Shown here piece by piece: positions 23,894 through 37,816 of a stretch of DNA of 64,000 bases. Each line of letters begins with the position of its first letter. The first letter of the stretch is position 1. Origin of the DNA: Eimeria praecox (Eukaryota). Position numbers and translations under genes: made by a program. The stretch spans positions 248,001-312,000 of the forward strand of contig OY986949.1 in NCBI GenBank assembly GCA_963920595.1. Direction: 5' to 3'. Under the pieces are notes generated by a model. It was not told the origin of the DNA and did no database searches. It saw only the letters and a list, made by a program, of their open reading frames with translations.

Positions 23894-26800
23894 TCCTCCA
23901 ATCCCTAGGCCCCACCATTCCCTAGACCTACCAATGCAAATCAAGTAACATCAGCCATCACTCACAGTATCTCTACTGCAAAGCGGCAAGCGTATGCAGT
24001 CCCTTCACAGCGAGATGTGGTGAAGGACCAGACACATACCGCATCATCAGTGGCGTACGCGCCGCTGAGAATTCAACGGCCCTACAAGACACCCAAGCAG
24101 ATGGACCTAAGCCACTCTGTCGAAGCCTCCACGAAAACGCCGGCCACCCCTAGCACATGGGCTTCTGCAAGAGCTGAAATAATAACGTCGACTGACTTGG
24201 ACAGGCTGTAGAGGTCTTACAACGAGTATAATCTCCCCTGCATGATCGTCTCGGGGATGCAAATGCTCTCACGCACATCGCACAGGAAAAACCCAAGACG
24301 CCAGCCGCTCGGTACCATTCGCCAAAACCCGTCGCGCCCATTTGGGCACACAACCCAAACCGTCCGCATCACTGGCGATACACACTCAGGACAGTTCGTC
24401 GCTTTTCTTAATCATCCAGTCATCGTCTATATCCGTGCGGTACCCCCGTGAGTGCTGCTGGTCCTGTGCTGGCAAGGAAAACATACTCTCTGAACCAGTA
24501 CGAAGTGCGTTTGCCCATCCAAGCCCAGACCATGTACCCACTTCCACCGTTCCCCCTCACATGCAACACCCAACCAACATTACCACGTGCTCTTCCTCAT
24601 GCTCCAAAGCTACGCTGAAAAGCGAGTTCTTCAACCAGAGAGTTCGTACCACCACCACCTCCGTTCCGCTCAGAAACACCAGCTCGCGAATACCAACTCC
24701 CTTACGCTCATCCACGACCGCTACAGCCTTCCGCTTACCTCCAAGCCCAAAAGAACCTTTATTGAAACAATAGAGTCCATGAAACACGGATTGCTGCTGG
24801 TTGCTCGACGCGCTTGCACAGCGGCATGTAAACCTCCGCAGTGAGTGGTGCAAACCAAATATTAAACTGCGCTTCGGCCAGGGATCGTCGCCCGTGCCAT
24901 CCTCGCCATTTCCTCCAATCCCTAGGCCCCACCATTCCCTAGACCTACCAATGCAAATCAAGTAACATCAGCCATCACTCACAGTATCTCTACTGCAAAG
25001 CGGCAAGCGTATGCAGTCCCTTCACAGTGAGATGTGGTGAAGGACCAGACACATAAAGCATCATCAGTGGCGTACGCGCCGCTGAGAATTCAACGGCCAT
25101 ACAAGACACCCAAGTAGATGGACCTAAGCCACTCTGTCGAAGCCTCCACGAAAACGCCGGCCACCCCTAGCACATGGGCTTCTGCAAGAGCTGAAATAAT
25201 AACGTCGACTGACTTGGACAGGCTGTAGAGGTCTTACAACGTGTATAATCTCCCCTGCATCACCGTCGCGGGGATGCAAATGCTCTCACGCACATCGCAC
25301 AGGAAAAAATCAAGCCGCCAGCCGCTCGGCACCATTCGCCAAAACCCCTCGCGCCGCACTGCGCACACAACCCTTCTGTCAACAACCGTCGGCTTCACTG
25401 GCGATACACACTCAGGACAGTTCGTCGCTTTTCTTAATCATCCAGTCATCGTCGACATCCATGCGGTATCCCCGTCAGTGCTGCTGGTCCTGTGCTGGCA
25501 AAGAAAACACACTCTCTGAATCAGTACGAAGTGCGTTTGCCCATCCAAGCCCCCACCATGTACCCACTTCCACCGTTCCCCCTCACATGCAACACCCAAC
25601 CAACATTACCACGTGCTCTTCCTCATGCTCCAAAGCTACGCTGAAAAGCGAGTTCTTCAACCAGAGAGTTCGTACCACCACCACCTCCGTTCCGCTCAGA
25701 AACACCAGCTCGCGAATACCAACTCCCTTGCGCTCATCCACGACCGCTGCAGCCTTCCGCTTACCTCCAAGCCCAAAAGAACTCTTATTGAAACAATATA
25801 GTCCATGAAACACGGATTGCTGCTGGTTGCTCGACGCGCTCGCACAGCGGCAAGCAGACCTCCGCAGTGAGTGGTGCAAACCAAATATTAAACTGCGCTT
25901 CGGCCAGGGATCGTCGCCCGTGCCATCCTCGCCATTTCCTCCAATCCCTAGGCCCCACCATTCCCTAGACCTATCAATGCAAATCAAGTTAACATCAGCC
26001 ATCACTCACAGTATCTCTACTGCAAAGCGGCAAGCGTATGCAGTCCCTTCACAGTGAGATGTGGTGAAGGACCAGACACATAAAGCATCATCAGTGGCGT
26101 ACGCGCCGCTGAGAATTCAACGGCCATACAAGACACCCAAGTAGATGGACCTAAGCCACTCTGTCGAAGCCTCCACGAAAACGCCGGCCACCCCTAGCAC
26201 ATGGGCTTCTGCAAGAGCTGAAATAATAACGTCGACTGACTTGGACAGGCTGTAGAGGTCTTACAACGCGTATAATCTCCCCTGCATCACCGTCGCGGGG
26301 ATGCAAATGCTCTCACGCACATCGCACAGGAAAAAATCAAGCCGCCAGCCGCTCGGCACCATTCGCCAAAACCCCTCGCGCCGCACTGCGCACACAACCC
26401 TTCTGTCAACAATCGTCGGCTTCACTGGCGATACACACTCAGGACAGTTCGTCGCTTTTCTTAATCATCCAGTCATCGTCGACATCCATGCGGTATCCCC
26501 GTCAGTGCTGCTGGTCCTGTGCTGGCAAAGAAAACACACTCTCTGAATCAGTACGAAGTGCGTTTGCCCATCCAAGCCCCCACCATGTACCCACTTCCAC
26601 CGTACCACCTCACATGCAACACCCAACCAACATTACCACGTGCTCTTCCTCATGCTCCAAAGCTACGCTGAAAAGCGAGTTCTTCAACCAGAGAGTTCGT
26701 ACCACCACCACCTCCGTTCCGCTCAGAAACACCAGCTCGCGAATACCAACTCCCTTACGCTCATCCACGACCGCTACAGCCTTCCGCTTACCTCCAAGCC

Positions 26801-27149
26801 CAAAAGAACCTTTATTGAAACAATAGAGTCCATGAAACACGGATTGCTGCTGGTTGCTCGACGCGCTCGCACAGCGGCAAGCAGACCTCCGCAGTGAGTG
26901 GTGCAAACCAAATATTAAACTGCGCTTCGGCCAGGGATCGTCGCCCGTGCCATCCTCGCCATTTCCTCCAATCCCTAGGCCCCACCATTCCCTAGACCTA
27001 CCAATGCAAATCAAGTAACATCAGCCATCACTCACAGTGTCTCTACTGCAAAGCGGCAAGCGCATGCAGTCCCCTCACAGTGAGATGTGGTGAAGGACCA
27101 GACACATACCGCATCATCAGTGGCGTACGCGCCGCTGAGAATTCAACGG
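23894..27149. repeat. Tandem array 1b: three ~1017-1027 bp units plus a partial; equals the long unit minus ~1250 bp
   Basis: CCAATCCCTAGGCCCCACCATTCCCTAGACC recurs near 23898, 24915, 25941 and 26968. The array ends abruptly after GAGAATTCAACGG at 27149. Confidence 0.95.
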
Positions 27150-27152
27150 GAT

Positions 27153-30100
27153 ATTAGTGCACGCTCTTGCTAGGCCCGGAAAACTGTAATGCGGTTATTC
27201 TAGCCTTCTGTAGAGGCATGAAACTAGTTTGTGTCCGCCACCCCCACCGCCTTGCGACTGCAAACGTCCCTTTGCGAGCCGAGCGCTGGCACACCTTTGT
27301 GTACACCCTAATGGATTAGGCAAGGATGCAAAACCGGTGCGTTTTTCACCAGCAGTTTTCCACTATATCTGCGCATCTATCCTTCGGTTTGACGTCTGCC
27401 ACACAGCTCAAATACTTAGGACAGGCTTCTCCCACGTCATTGAGCCTTCCAGACTATTTCCTCAGCTCATGTCTAGCGCAAGTACTCATCTTTCCCACAG
27501 CGGATGGCCAAACGGCTTTGCACACTTTTCTTTAATATACATCAACTGTTGTTGCCCTGTCCCGCTTATTAGCTATCTCGCCGCTCGCCTCTCAGTCTTC
27601 AGAATAGCAACCTGACTGATACACGCATTTCAGCCTTAGCAGCAATTGCATGTTTTTCATCCCTACCTACATGACCCGCCATATGTACGGAGATTATGCG
27701 TACGGAACAAGCAGCCCACTGGGCATCGGCATCCCAGACCCAGCAGCCATCATAACTGGACCTTGTGAGGGTTCTTCAGGCCCTCAAGAAATGTTACAAT
27801 CAGCGGTAGATAGCATGCAGCGCTAAGCCACTCCTCCTTGTGAGGGTTTTTCAGGCCCCCAAGAAATGTTACAATCAGCGGTAGATAGCATGCAGCGCTA
27901 CTGCTAGCACAAACGTCGCAGTACCGCTTGATCTAGACACCTGCAGCTCACAGCCCAAAATCTGGCGCAGGGACACACGAAGAAATCCACATTCCCATTC
28001 TCCGGAATCGTGTTATCTGTCGCTGTTCATTGCTGCACCGTTCACAAAATAAACCCATTCTAGGGCCTTAAGGCACCTTCAATCTCGACTGCTGTTGCCA
28101 CAAACCATGCGTTACCACTGCAAATACGAAAATGCCATATTCAAACCAAACGACGGCCTCTCATGGGATGGCGAAGAGTACACTTAGCCACCTCGCGCTG
28201 TTCCTGCTCCCAGATCAGACAACCCCGCTGGCTGCGCCAGTGAAGACCCATCCCGCACATATTTACAAACGCATGCGGATCCCTGCCCTAGGGCAAGCCA
28301 TCTACTGTCAAGGGACAGTACACATACAAATATCCTTTTTAATTGGTAGCAGGTTTTGCCTTATGCTCAGCAACGCGATTTTTGCATGATGGCAGTGCAG
28401 GGTATTCCAGGGTATATGCCCGAATCTCGGATTTGCTCTGGAGATGGCGAAAAGGCTCCGCATAGTATCGGGTGGGCTTGCAAAGCTAGTTCATGAATGC
28501 ATCCTTTAACCTCGCAAACTCAACAAATTCCTCTGCTTGTTTTGGGCAACCGTTGAAGTCAGCATGGTTGCTCTTAGAAGAGTCCGCTGCAAAAGCAGAA
28601 GTAGGAAGCCGTTGGCAGAATGAGCTTCTTGGACGACCACAACTCAGAATGTGGCATCTTCAAAGCAGAGCCCTTCGTTGACCTTTACGAGCCCTGACAG
28701 GAAAAAAGAGAACACTTTGTTTCCTTAGCTTTTGTCACTCTACCTTGCTGTATCGCCGCAGATCTCGCCAATTTCAAACCTGTCAACGATGTCACCATGT
28801 TTTGCGTAGCCAACTGACAGCGTCCCTTAAGGACGGCCTTCTTCCATTCGAGTGCAATAAGCGTATGCGGCATTTTACACTTTGCTTTGCTCCCTGATTT
28901 GGCTGAGCATTTCCTTCTGCTTCAATCCCTGTACCCATACTCTCATTGCCCTGCCCAGTGCTGTTTTCCTGCGGATTCGCATGGAGGGCCATGCAGGCGC
29001 CCAATTCAGAACATCCCCAGCATAAAACACAACAAGAGTTGGGCCTGTGAAGCCTGCTTAAGCAAGGAAGCCACGCACTGCTGCCACAGTTGCCCGCGTA
29101 CGTATATACACTCGAAATATCCGTTCTGGAGTCAAGCTCCATAACCCAAGGGCGGCGTATGCGGCCGCATATATCAACCCACAAACTGAACATGCGAGCG
29201 GGCACTGCCATATGCTCCACGACGTAGACGCTCACAAATGTAGAAGGAGATCTAGAACCCCGGCATGCCATATTAATCACTCAAATAGAAAACTTATCGT
29301 CCGTCGGCATGCACGCACAAACTGTGCAGTGAGGACGCAATAGAGCCACCGAACTGGCCCTGTGGGAGTAAAGGGTAGCAAACATTAAAATGCATCCGTT
29401 TCCTGTATGCAACAGCTGCACGAATCACAGTCACGTCGCACCTGGATCCGCTGCAGTTACACCATCAAGCGTACCCCAGCGTAGGACAGTTGGTCGCCAC
29501 CTCTCATCACTATTAGCATCCTCATGCATATTCCACAACCTAGCCATTCGCTAGCTGAATGCTACTTTAACTCTGTATTCGAGCGGAGCATCTGTTCTAA
29601 TTTTAAACGGACATGAAGTACCCACCAATAGCTTGCATACCCTCGTGGCCACCGCAATCGAGTTCTCAACTCTGGGGGATAGCATTGCCGATGAACTCAC
29701 CGCATTTGCAAGCCAAGAAGGCGATTGCTGCAAGTGAGAAACACGCTACCAATGATGTTCGGAAGCCTGCAGGCTCGGGTGTACTTGCTGCCGCATACCA
29801 CAGCATTCCTATATCCCATCTATACTCCTTCAATTATCGTCGTGCCTAACAGTAAAGCGATTGCTGAAGCATGCAATGCTGACGGAAACCCTGCTTTACC
29901 AGCTGCACAATCCTGGACACCGAGGGTACTCTAGACATTACCCCGCACCAAGCATTCCCTGCTTAAAACGGTGCCTCCCCCCCTTCTGTTTAGAAGTAAC
30001 TCTTCCCTCTGCTCATCCTGATTAGCCTGTTGCCTTCAACACGCGTACATACAAACGACAAACTACGGCACACTTCTGCACCCGAGCTGCGGTGGCCTCT

Positions 30101-30490
30101 GCAGGTGTATCATGGAAATTAGGTTTCATTCATCCAAATCAAGGCATCCAATCGCATTAACTTGGGCAGGGGCTATGAAACGCGTCTCGCAATAGTTAGC
30201 ATTGTAATTGTTTTCTAGGATTACAGCGCATCAGCAACCTAAACGGCACCTACCAAAACCTTAGTGTAGTGCATCGTTCGCTGATGGCCCAGAGGCTACC
30301 CACACGCTCAGCCGCTGCTTCCTTCAACGCAAACATTAAACTCTGAGTTTTTTATGGCCACAGTCGACACAGAGCATCGACTGCGTGCCAAGTGGCTGAT
30401 AATCTGGGGTTTCGTTTGCTCGTCAGAAGACCATGAACGCACATCCTAAAACGCATGGTGTGTTGTATCAATGCAGTAGAGATCCAATAC
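27153..30490. repeat. Block X, copy 1 of a segmental duplication
   Basis: Matches 37817-41100 (identical ORF peptides at 28685/39321, 29551/40157, 29613/40219; offset ~10.6 kb). Confidence 0.95.
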
Positions 30491-30994
30491 ATGATGCACG
30501 CTGGGTGATTACTCGTCACGCTTTTCAACGCAACAGCATTTCACGTTGCATGTTTAGATGCTCTCGTCTAACCGTTTTGTAACCCAAGCTCCCAACTGCT
30601 TGCTCTTCAGTATTACCACCAGACAGCGGCCGACCAGCATACACTGGCCGGTAACGTGCACGGAGAGGCGTACGAAATGTAACTAGGGCGTCTTGAGTCC
30701 TCACACCAGAGCTTAGTGCTTTGGCAACACCAATTAGGCTGCGCACGCCACCTGGCACCGTACACTCTAAGCCAAACGCCCACAACCCCTTGCATTCCCA
30801 ATAGCGTCACCTTCTTGTGAGCAGGCAACCGCGTCGTGAAGAGCCTGATCGGCCTGGCGGGCAGTGTTGCATAACCGCATAGATGATAGAGGGGCTCCGT
30901 TTCTGGAATAAAGCATTCAGGGCCCTGTTGATGATCGCCTTCCTCAACTCTTGTTAGGGCATATGCAGGTGAATGCACATGAGCACACAACGAT

Positions 30995-30995
<1 letters not shown>

Positions 30996-31061
<66 letters not shown>
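30996..31061 (+). repeat. (CA)33 microsatellite in module M
   Basis: Direct reading. Confidence 0.98.
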
Positions 31062-31067
<6 letters not shown>

Positions 31068-33482
31068 AATATACAAACAATCCGACATCGAGCTTCCAAT
31101 GCTTTATCGCTCCTTAGGAGGCGTGCAGTGAGGGCCGATTCTGGGAGTCAGCCTTTGGAAATTTGACCTAAGCTCGCCAAATAAGGGCGAAGCCACGCCA
31201 ACGTTCGTAGAGCTACACCAACCAGCACACAGTCAACTCCGGCGCACGCAACCAAGTCTGTTGCTCTTGCCCTGTTGGCTCTATCCGCAGGCTGTAGGTA
31301 AAAAAGCTGAAGACCGTGGTTCATGGCGGAACAGGCCCCACGGCAGCTGCAGTTCCGTGGGTCTGTTCATTCAAAACCAAGGACTAGGTTTGCGACCGCC
31401 TACCTCAGGGAGGCTGCTATGCCTCTGCTGCCCTCAAAAGAATTGAAGCAATGTATTGATAACATCTCGATCCTACGTACACAATGCTATAGCAGCTCGC
31501 TTTCTACGGGTATGATACCTTGCACAAAGCAAGCTGGCGTGCACGTGTGCACCTCCATGAAAGCACCGCATTTACAGCCCATTCTCCCCCAAGCATTGTT
31601 AAATAGCACCGACAACGTCACCATACGCTTGTGGCTGTTTGGGTCAGCGCTAAGTGAAGCGAGAAAACAGCATCCGCCTAGCTTCTGCACATATATGCCT
31701 TCTCTTCTACTAAAAGCAACCACGCCTGTATGTACGCACTAGCTGAACAGTAAACGTGCTCACTGAGTGCTATCAAAATGAGGTCCATCGTATCACGTGC
31801 CGCGACTTTACAATGCTGGCGCCGGATATCCAAAATACAAACGATTTGAATTCCATGTCTCACACAACCGAGTATGGCATAGCAAAAGTTCGCATTCACC
31901 GTCTTGGCCTCAAACGCTGTCCATACTAAGTGTTTAATGCAACGCGTCAGTTCATATTAATGCTGAGACCATGGAATTCGTAGTGTTGCAGCTGAATACC
32001 GTGTCCTCCAAATGTCAGTGACGCTGCAACCAAGTCAGGGCATCGTACGCTCTGTTCCAGGAGGATGTGGCGCTTGTAGTATCTGGATATCGAATCACTT
32101 TGTCTCGTATCCTACTCCCAGAAAGGCACCTGCTCTTCCCAATAACTCCAATCCATCGATCTACACCCCAAGCGGATCCCTGGAATCTACCATGGCACAA
32201 AGGTGTATGATGTGCCATTTATCGCTGCTTTAGCTTCGCCATTAGCTGGTGAAGTCCCTACACGAACATGAACAAAAATGCTTCAGACTGAACGTCTTGT
32301 GGGCACCCAGCGAACACACGTGAAGCAAGTGCCCTTCTGCGAAATCGTTTGACGGGAAGATCATTAGAAACCCCTGCACGTGTCCCCATGCCAGTACAGC
32401 AACGTGACAGGATACAAAAGGCCTAACAAGCCACAAAGCCTTCACTGCCATACTTCATAACAACTCCACGGCACATCAATTAAAACTCAGCTGCGCGAAT
32501 TCCAATACGGCCATTTACACCATCTAGGCAATATGCGTCACCAGTTGTATACTTGCTTCACAACAATACTGGCACTGCCACATCAAGGGCCACAATGGGC
32601 GCTCAGCACCCAGCGACGCTGCAAATGGCTGCCTGCGTGTGTTCCTCGCACATATGCATCTGCCTTTGTTGCTGAAGGTAAATCCACCTGCTGCTAGTGG
32701 CTGCCACATCTTGCAGACAGTGGCATCATGCGTCCAACAAACACCTAATCCAACACTAGGCATTTGATTGTGGATGCGACCAGACGTATTCACCCTATCG
32801 TACGCCCTCACCGGTTCGGCCAGCCGCCACGCCGTGCCAACGAACATCATATGGGCAGCGGCATACAAATACGCTTGACCTGCTTTCTGTGAAAGCACGC
32901 GGATGCCATTTCACCTCACTCCCTTAAGCGGAAGTGGTGCAGCGCATCAATGCAGTAGAGGTCCAATACATGATGCATGCTGGGTGGTTACTCGTCATGG
33001 CCTTCAAGGCAACAACATTTCACGTTGCTTGTTTCGATGCTCTCGTCTAACCGTTTGCCAACCCAAACACCCAACTGTTTGCTGTTCAGTATTACCACCA
33101 AGCAGCGACCGACCAGCATACACTGGCCAGCTAGCTGCACAAAGAGAGTATGAAATGCAACTAGGGCGTCTGGAGTCCTCACACCAGAGCTTAGTGCTTT
33201 CAGAACGCCAATTATGCTGCGCACGCCACTAGGCACCGTACACTCTAAGCCAAACGCCCACAACCCCTTGCTTTCCTAATAGCTTTACCTTCTCATGAGC
33301 TGGCAAATGCGTCCTGAAGAGCCTGACTGGCCTGAGGGGAAATGTGGCATAACCCCATAGATGCTCGAATGGGCTGTTATCCTCGAGCACAGCACTCAGG
33401 TCCCTTCACTGTTGATGATCGCCTCCCTCAACTCTTGTTAGGCTATATATAGGTAAATGCACATGCGCACACAAACATGCAG

Positions 33483-33483
<1 letters not shown>

Positions 33484-33541
<58 letters not shown>
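33484..33541 (+). repeat. (CA)29 microsatellite in module M
   Basis: Direct reading. Confidence 0.98.
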
Positions 33542-33543
<2 letters not shown>

Positions 33544-36500
33544 TGCATACACACAGTCAGACATCGAGCTTCCTGCGTCCCTAGAAAGCCTGCCGTTGGG
33601 GACGATTCTGGGCGTCAGCCCACGCAAATTTGCTCTAAGCACTCGAAAAGAGCATAGCCTCAATCCTACTGGTCCAGACATCACAACACACTGCACACAA
33701 CCAGTTTGCTTGCTATTGGCCTGTCTGCACTCTCTGCAGAAAGCAGATGCAAAAGCTCAAGAATGTTCTCCGCAGCTCAGGCTCCACCCTCGATGGATAC
33801 CCAGGCGCTCGCTCCTTCGAAACAAGCACTAGGCTTGCGACAGAAATCTTCTCGTACACTGTCCACCCTCTCGTGTAAACAACACCTTGACATTCTCTTG
33901 AATAGCCATCCATCCTACGCTTACGAAGGCATAATAGGTCGCTATGGACAAATATGACGCCTTACACCAAATATGGTGACATGCACGTCTCCTCGCCCTT
34001 GCTAGCACCCGACGGAGAGCCCGCTCTGTCTAACACACCTTCAAGCCGCACACCCAACTTCGACCTAGGCATCTGTTCGTTCGGACCAGCGCCACACGAA
34101 AAGGAAAGGCAGCACGGACTACCCGCCTATCTCCTGCACATAGAAGATCTCTGTGCTACTGAACGCCGAGGGGTGGCGTACCCCCGCACTACTTAAACAG
34201 TAAACAAGACATCTTGCCATTCTATTTATCTAGTCTATCCTACCACCTTCTGCAACTTTAAAATGCTGCCCACGGCATCGTCCAAAAACAAACATTGTTT
34301 GCGCCGCTTGCTTCGAGGTAATGGCCTAAGGTATGATCAACGTCTGCATTCAGTTTGGCTGCCGTCAAGCCTCCTATGCTCAATTGCTAGCAGACGCCTT
34401 TCGCGGTCCATGCATCAGCTGCATGGGCAGCATGTCTTCTATGCGAGACCAATTCGACGTTCTGTGAGCATATGTTGACCAGCTGCCAGCCCTTGTTTCT
34501 CCTTGCATCCAAAACGCCCAACTGTGTCTTCCTGCCACACGAATCAAACGCCTACAAAAGCACAATCGCCTTCCCCTGTTCATATCCATCTGATGCACCT
34601 GCTGCCCAGTCATACTCCGAAGCAAACAAACCCCAGTCCTCTCTCAGCAACGAAAGACCGCTACAAGCCCCCACTCTTACGCTACACAGATTCCGCGTTC
34701 TTCATGTGGAAACCGAAAAGCTCAAACGCCTGTACGCTGGCCTAGATGTCATTTGGTTCCCCCAAACGCAAGACGTGCAGGCGTAAGGTTTACACGCACG
34801 CCTTCCCGACATCCCAAAACAACGTACGCATCTCCCATGCAACTCGTTGCGTAGCAGGGTATGCTATGTGCTACATATGAGACGCTAAGGTGCCTAACGC
34901 CGCGACTGCATCAACACAAGTTTTGTCTCGTGCTGTGCGATCCACGGCAAATCGTTGCACAATGCCAACAGCACGCACACGTGGACCCACACACATCTGC
35001 GTAGACCTTCTGGAGCCATCCACAGCGCCTACGCAACAGCGACGGAAACGGAATCTCCAAACGCTTCTTCTGCAACGCACAGTCCCGCAAAATGCAAACG
35101 TGGGCACTACATACAGCAAAGATACAAGTCTCAGACACTCTGGTCTCGAAGAATCCAACGCCTTGCAACACAAACTAATCACGTCCCCACCCTGTCAACA
35201 TACACTGACGGCAGTTCGTCTTCGACGTAGCCACTAGACACATCTATGCATTCAATATATGCCTTGCCATGTTTGCGGAGTCCAGCATTCGTCTACTATA
35301 CTGCCAATTGTCCACACATAATGTTCATACGCACTCGCTTTAGAGCATCCAGGCATACTGAAGCGGTGCTAGAGCAATTCAGTCCACGACAAAATCTGTT
35401 GCCCATACAACGGTGCGCTTTCTTCTGGTGTAAACCACCATTATCGCAGCGCGCAGCTTGTATCACATGGCACGGGATCCGTGCCCCATCGATGCGAAGA
35501 GTTCATAACTGCCTGGGTAAAAACCCCATACCACCAACCCGTGAGTACGGTGCCTTGCACAGGTCACAGCTGCTGCACACAAGGTAGGTTATCGTACGCT
35601 CTGCTCCAGAACCACGTGGCACTAGTGTTGCATGGACATCATGCCTGTCCCAGTTTAGCTTTGGACTCCTCAAAAGAATGCACCTGCTCTCCCGGACAAG
35701 TCGCACTTGTTGATCTGCAACCCAAACGGATCCCCGAAATCCGCCATGCAGCAAAGGTGTATGCTATGCCATTTATCGATTCTTTAGCGTTGCCATCTGT
35801 TGTTGAAGCCTTGACACTAAAGTAAATACCGACGCTTCAGCTTAAGCGTCTCATGGGCACCCAGCGAACGAGCTTGAACTAAAGACCTTTCTGTGAAAAC
35901 GTGTGGCGGGAAGAGCATGGCCGTTAACACCACGTAGGCACTTTGCGTCACAGACCATCTACATGCGTCACAGAAATATTGGCACTGCGGCACAAATGAG
36001 CCACAATACGAACGTAGAAACCAGAAACGCTGCAAATGAGCAGCTGTGTGCGCCCCTTGCTCATGTAGCTCTCCCAGATTCCTCTGGAGTAAATCCACCT
36101 GTTGTTAGCAGCTTCAACGCCTTGCAGACAGCGGCATCACGCGTCCAGCAAACACCTGATGCAGCACTACGCATTTGATTGCGGGTGTGACAAGAAGAAT
36201 TCAGCCGAGCGTACGCCCTCCCTGGTTGGGCTGGGCACGATGCCATGCCGAAGAACATCGCATGGGCAGCGGGTTACTGATACCCTTTGCCGTCATTTGC
36301 TGGAAGCACACGGGTGCCATTTGTGCTCACTCGCTAAACCGGAAAGGATACACCGCACCACTAAAGCAAAAAACCAATGCATGATGCACGCTCGGTGGTT
36401 ACTCGTTACGTTCTTCAACGCAACAATATTTCACGTTGCTTGTTTCGATGCTCTCGTATAACCTTCTGACAACCTAAACTCGCAACCGTTTGCTCTTCAG

Positions 36501-36899
36501 TACTACCACCAAATAGCGGCCGGAGAAGCGGACGCAGAGGCGTAAAAAATGTGACTAGGGCGTCTGGAGTCCTCACACCAGAGCTTAGTCCTTTGACAAC
36601 ACTAGTTATTCTGCGCACGCCGCAAGGCATCGTACACTCTAAGCCAAACATCCACAACCTCTTGCACTCCCAGTAGCATAACCTTCTTGTGAGCAGGCAA
36701 CTGCGTCGTGAAGAGCCTGAGTGTTCTGGGGGGAAATGTGTATACCCGTGTAAATGCTACAGGGGGTGCCTTTTGGGAACAACGCACTCATGGCCTCTTC
36801 AGTGCTGATGAATGCTTCGCTCATGTGCATTCGTATAGTATACAAAGAGAGATACGCAAGCGCGAATAAGCATGCACGCAGACAGGAAGACTCAAAATG

Positions 36900-37816
36900 C
36901 GAGAAGCGCGGAAGCGAGCTGCCAGTCAATTATGCCTGCCAAAAGGCGGCCGACCGCATCATTTGAGTGCTCACCTCCTGTGGAGATTCGCGCTTCTCTC
37001 AACGCGTGTGCACAATGCTTTGCACGCTTGCGCCAACCCGTCGTTAACGGCCTCTGCGTTCCCCCAAAGCGGGTGATAAGCATTGTTTCGGCACCCTGCA
37101 TGCCGCTGAGCATCTGGCACCGCATGGAGCCGCACTCAATAGACCGCGCACCCAAAAAGCCGAGAACACAGCTTCTGCGAGCATGCGCATGGCTCCCCGT
37201 TCCCTAAGGCGGAACAGCACCGCTGACGGCTGCCACGCTGGCCCAACTCTTCCGAAGTTGACCGGCAACCCCTGTGTTTTATCTCCAGAGTTCTGCTGTG
37301 CATACCTCCTGTATAAAACGCCATTCTCCACTAATCATGGTAAAACATGCTGCCTTGCACTCTCCCACCCACCAGCCGTAAACCCCGCCTAGCTCTCCTA
37401 TGCTCATGCCGCACTGCACCTTTTCGCCACCACGTTAAACGTGCCGAAGCCAAAGGCGCCCTGGTCAAGCCCCAGGACACTTTCCGTCTTATGTCTGCAT
37501 CCGCCGCAATCGAGTGCTTGGCTGCTAGGCACCCTGCCTACGGGAAAGGCAGCTTGCACGCCTTGTGGCTCCATTCACCAGACTCTCAAATGCTGTCGCA
37601 AAGGATCGGGCACGCACCCAAGCATCGCCACCACCCTAATAAATGCGCAGGAAGCATGCATTCGCTGTTCCCCAGCATCCTGCTACTTGTGCCGCGCTGT
37701 GCAAGTGTTCTTGCACCTGCGCTGGCAAAGAAAACACTTTTTGAATAGGCATACGGGTACCGCTAGCCTAGCCACTTCTACACCACGTTCTTTACGTCAA
37801 TCCCCCCCCAAACCAA
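36900..37816. repeat. Block Y (diverged relatives at 62800-63710, 60910-61160 and inside array 1 units)
   Basis: CATGCTGCCTTGCACTCTCCCA at ~37346 and ~63246; CTGCTAGGCACCCTGCC at ~37523 and ~63423. Confidence 0.85.

Larger units (their letters stand above)
30490..36900. repeat. Tandem array 2a: one old diverged ~2.5 kb unit, one ~3.4 kb unit and a terminal module M
   Basis: Module M (ATGATGCACGCT.GGTGGTTACTCGT...GAGTCCTCACACCAGAGCTTAGT...CTCTAAGCCAAAC) starts near 30490, 32970 and 36380. Confidence 0.88.

Noticed and set aside
25092..25103. ACGGCCATAC resembling the 5' end of 5S rRNA in a tandem unit
   Set aside because: The following sequence does not match 5S rRNA, and other copies read ACGGCCCTAC.
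30951..31166. His-Thr / Cys-Val repeat peptides
   Set aside because: Translation of the CA microsatellite.
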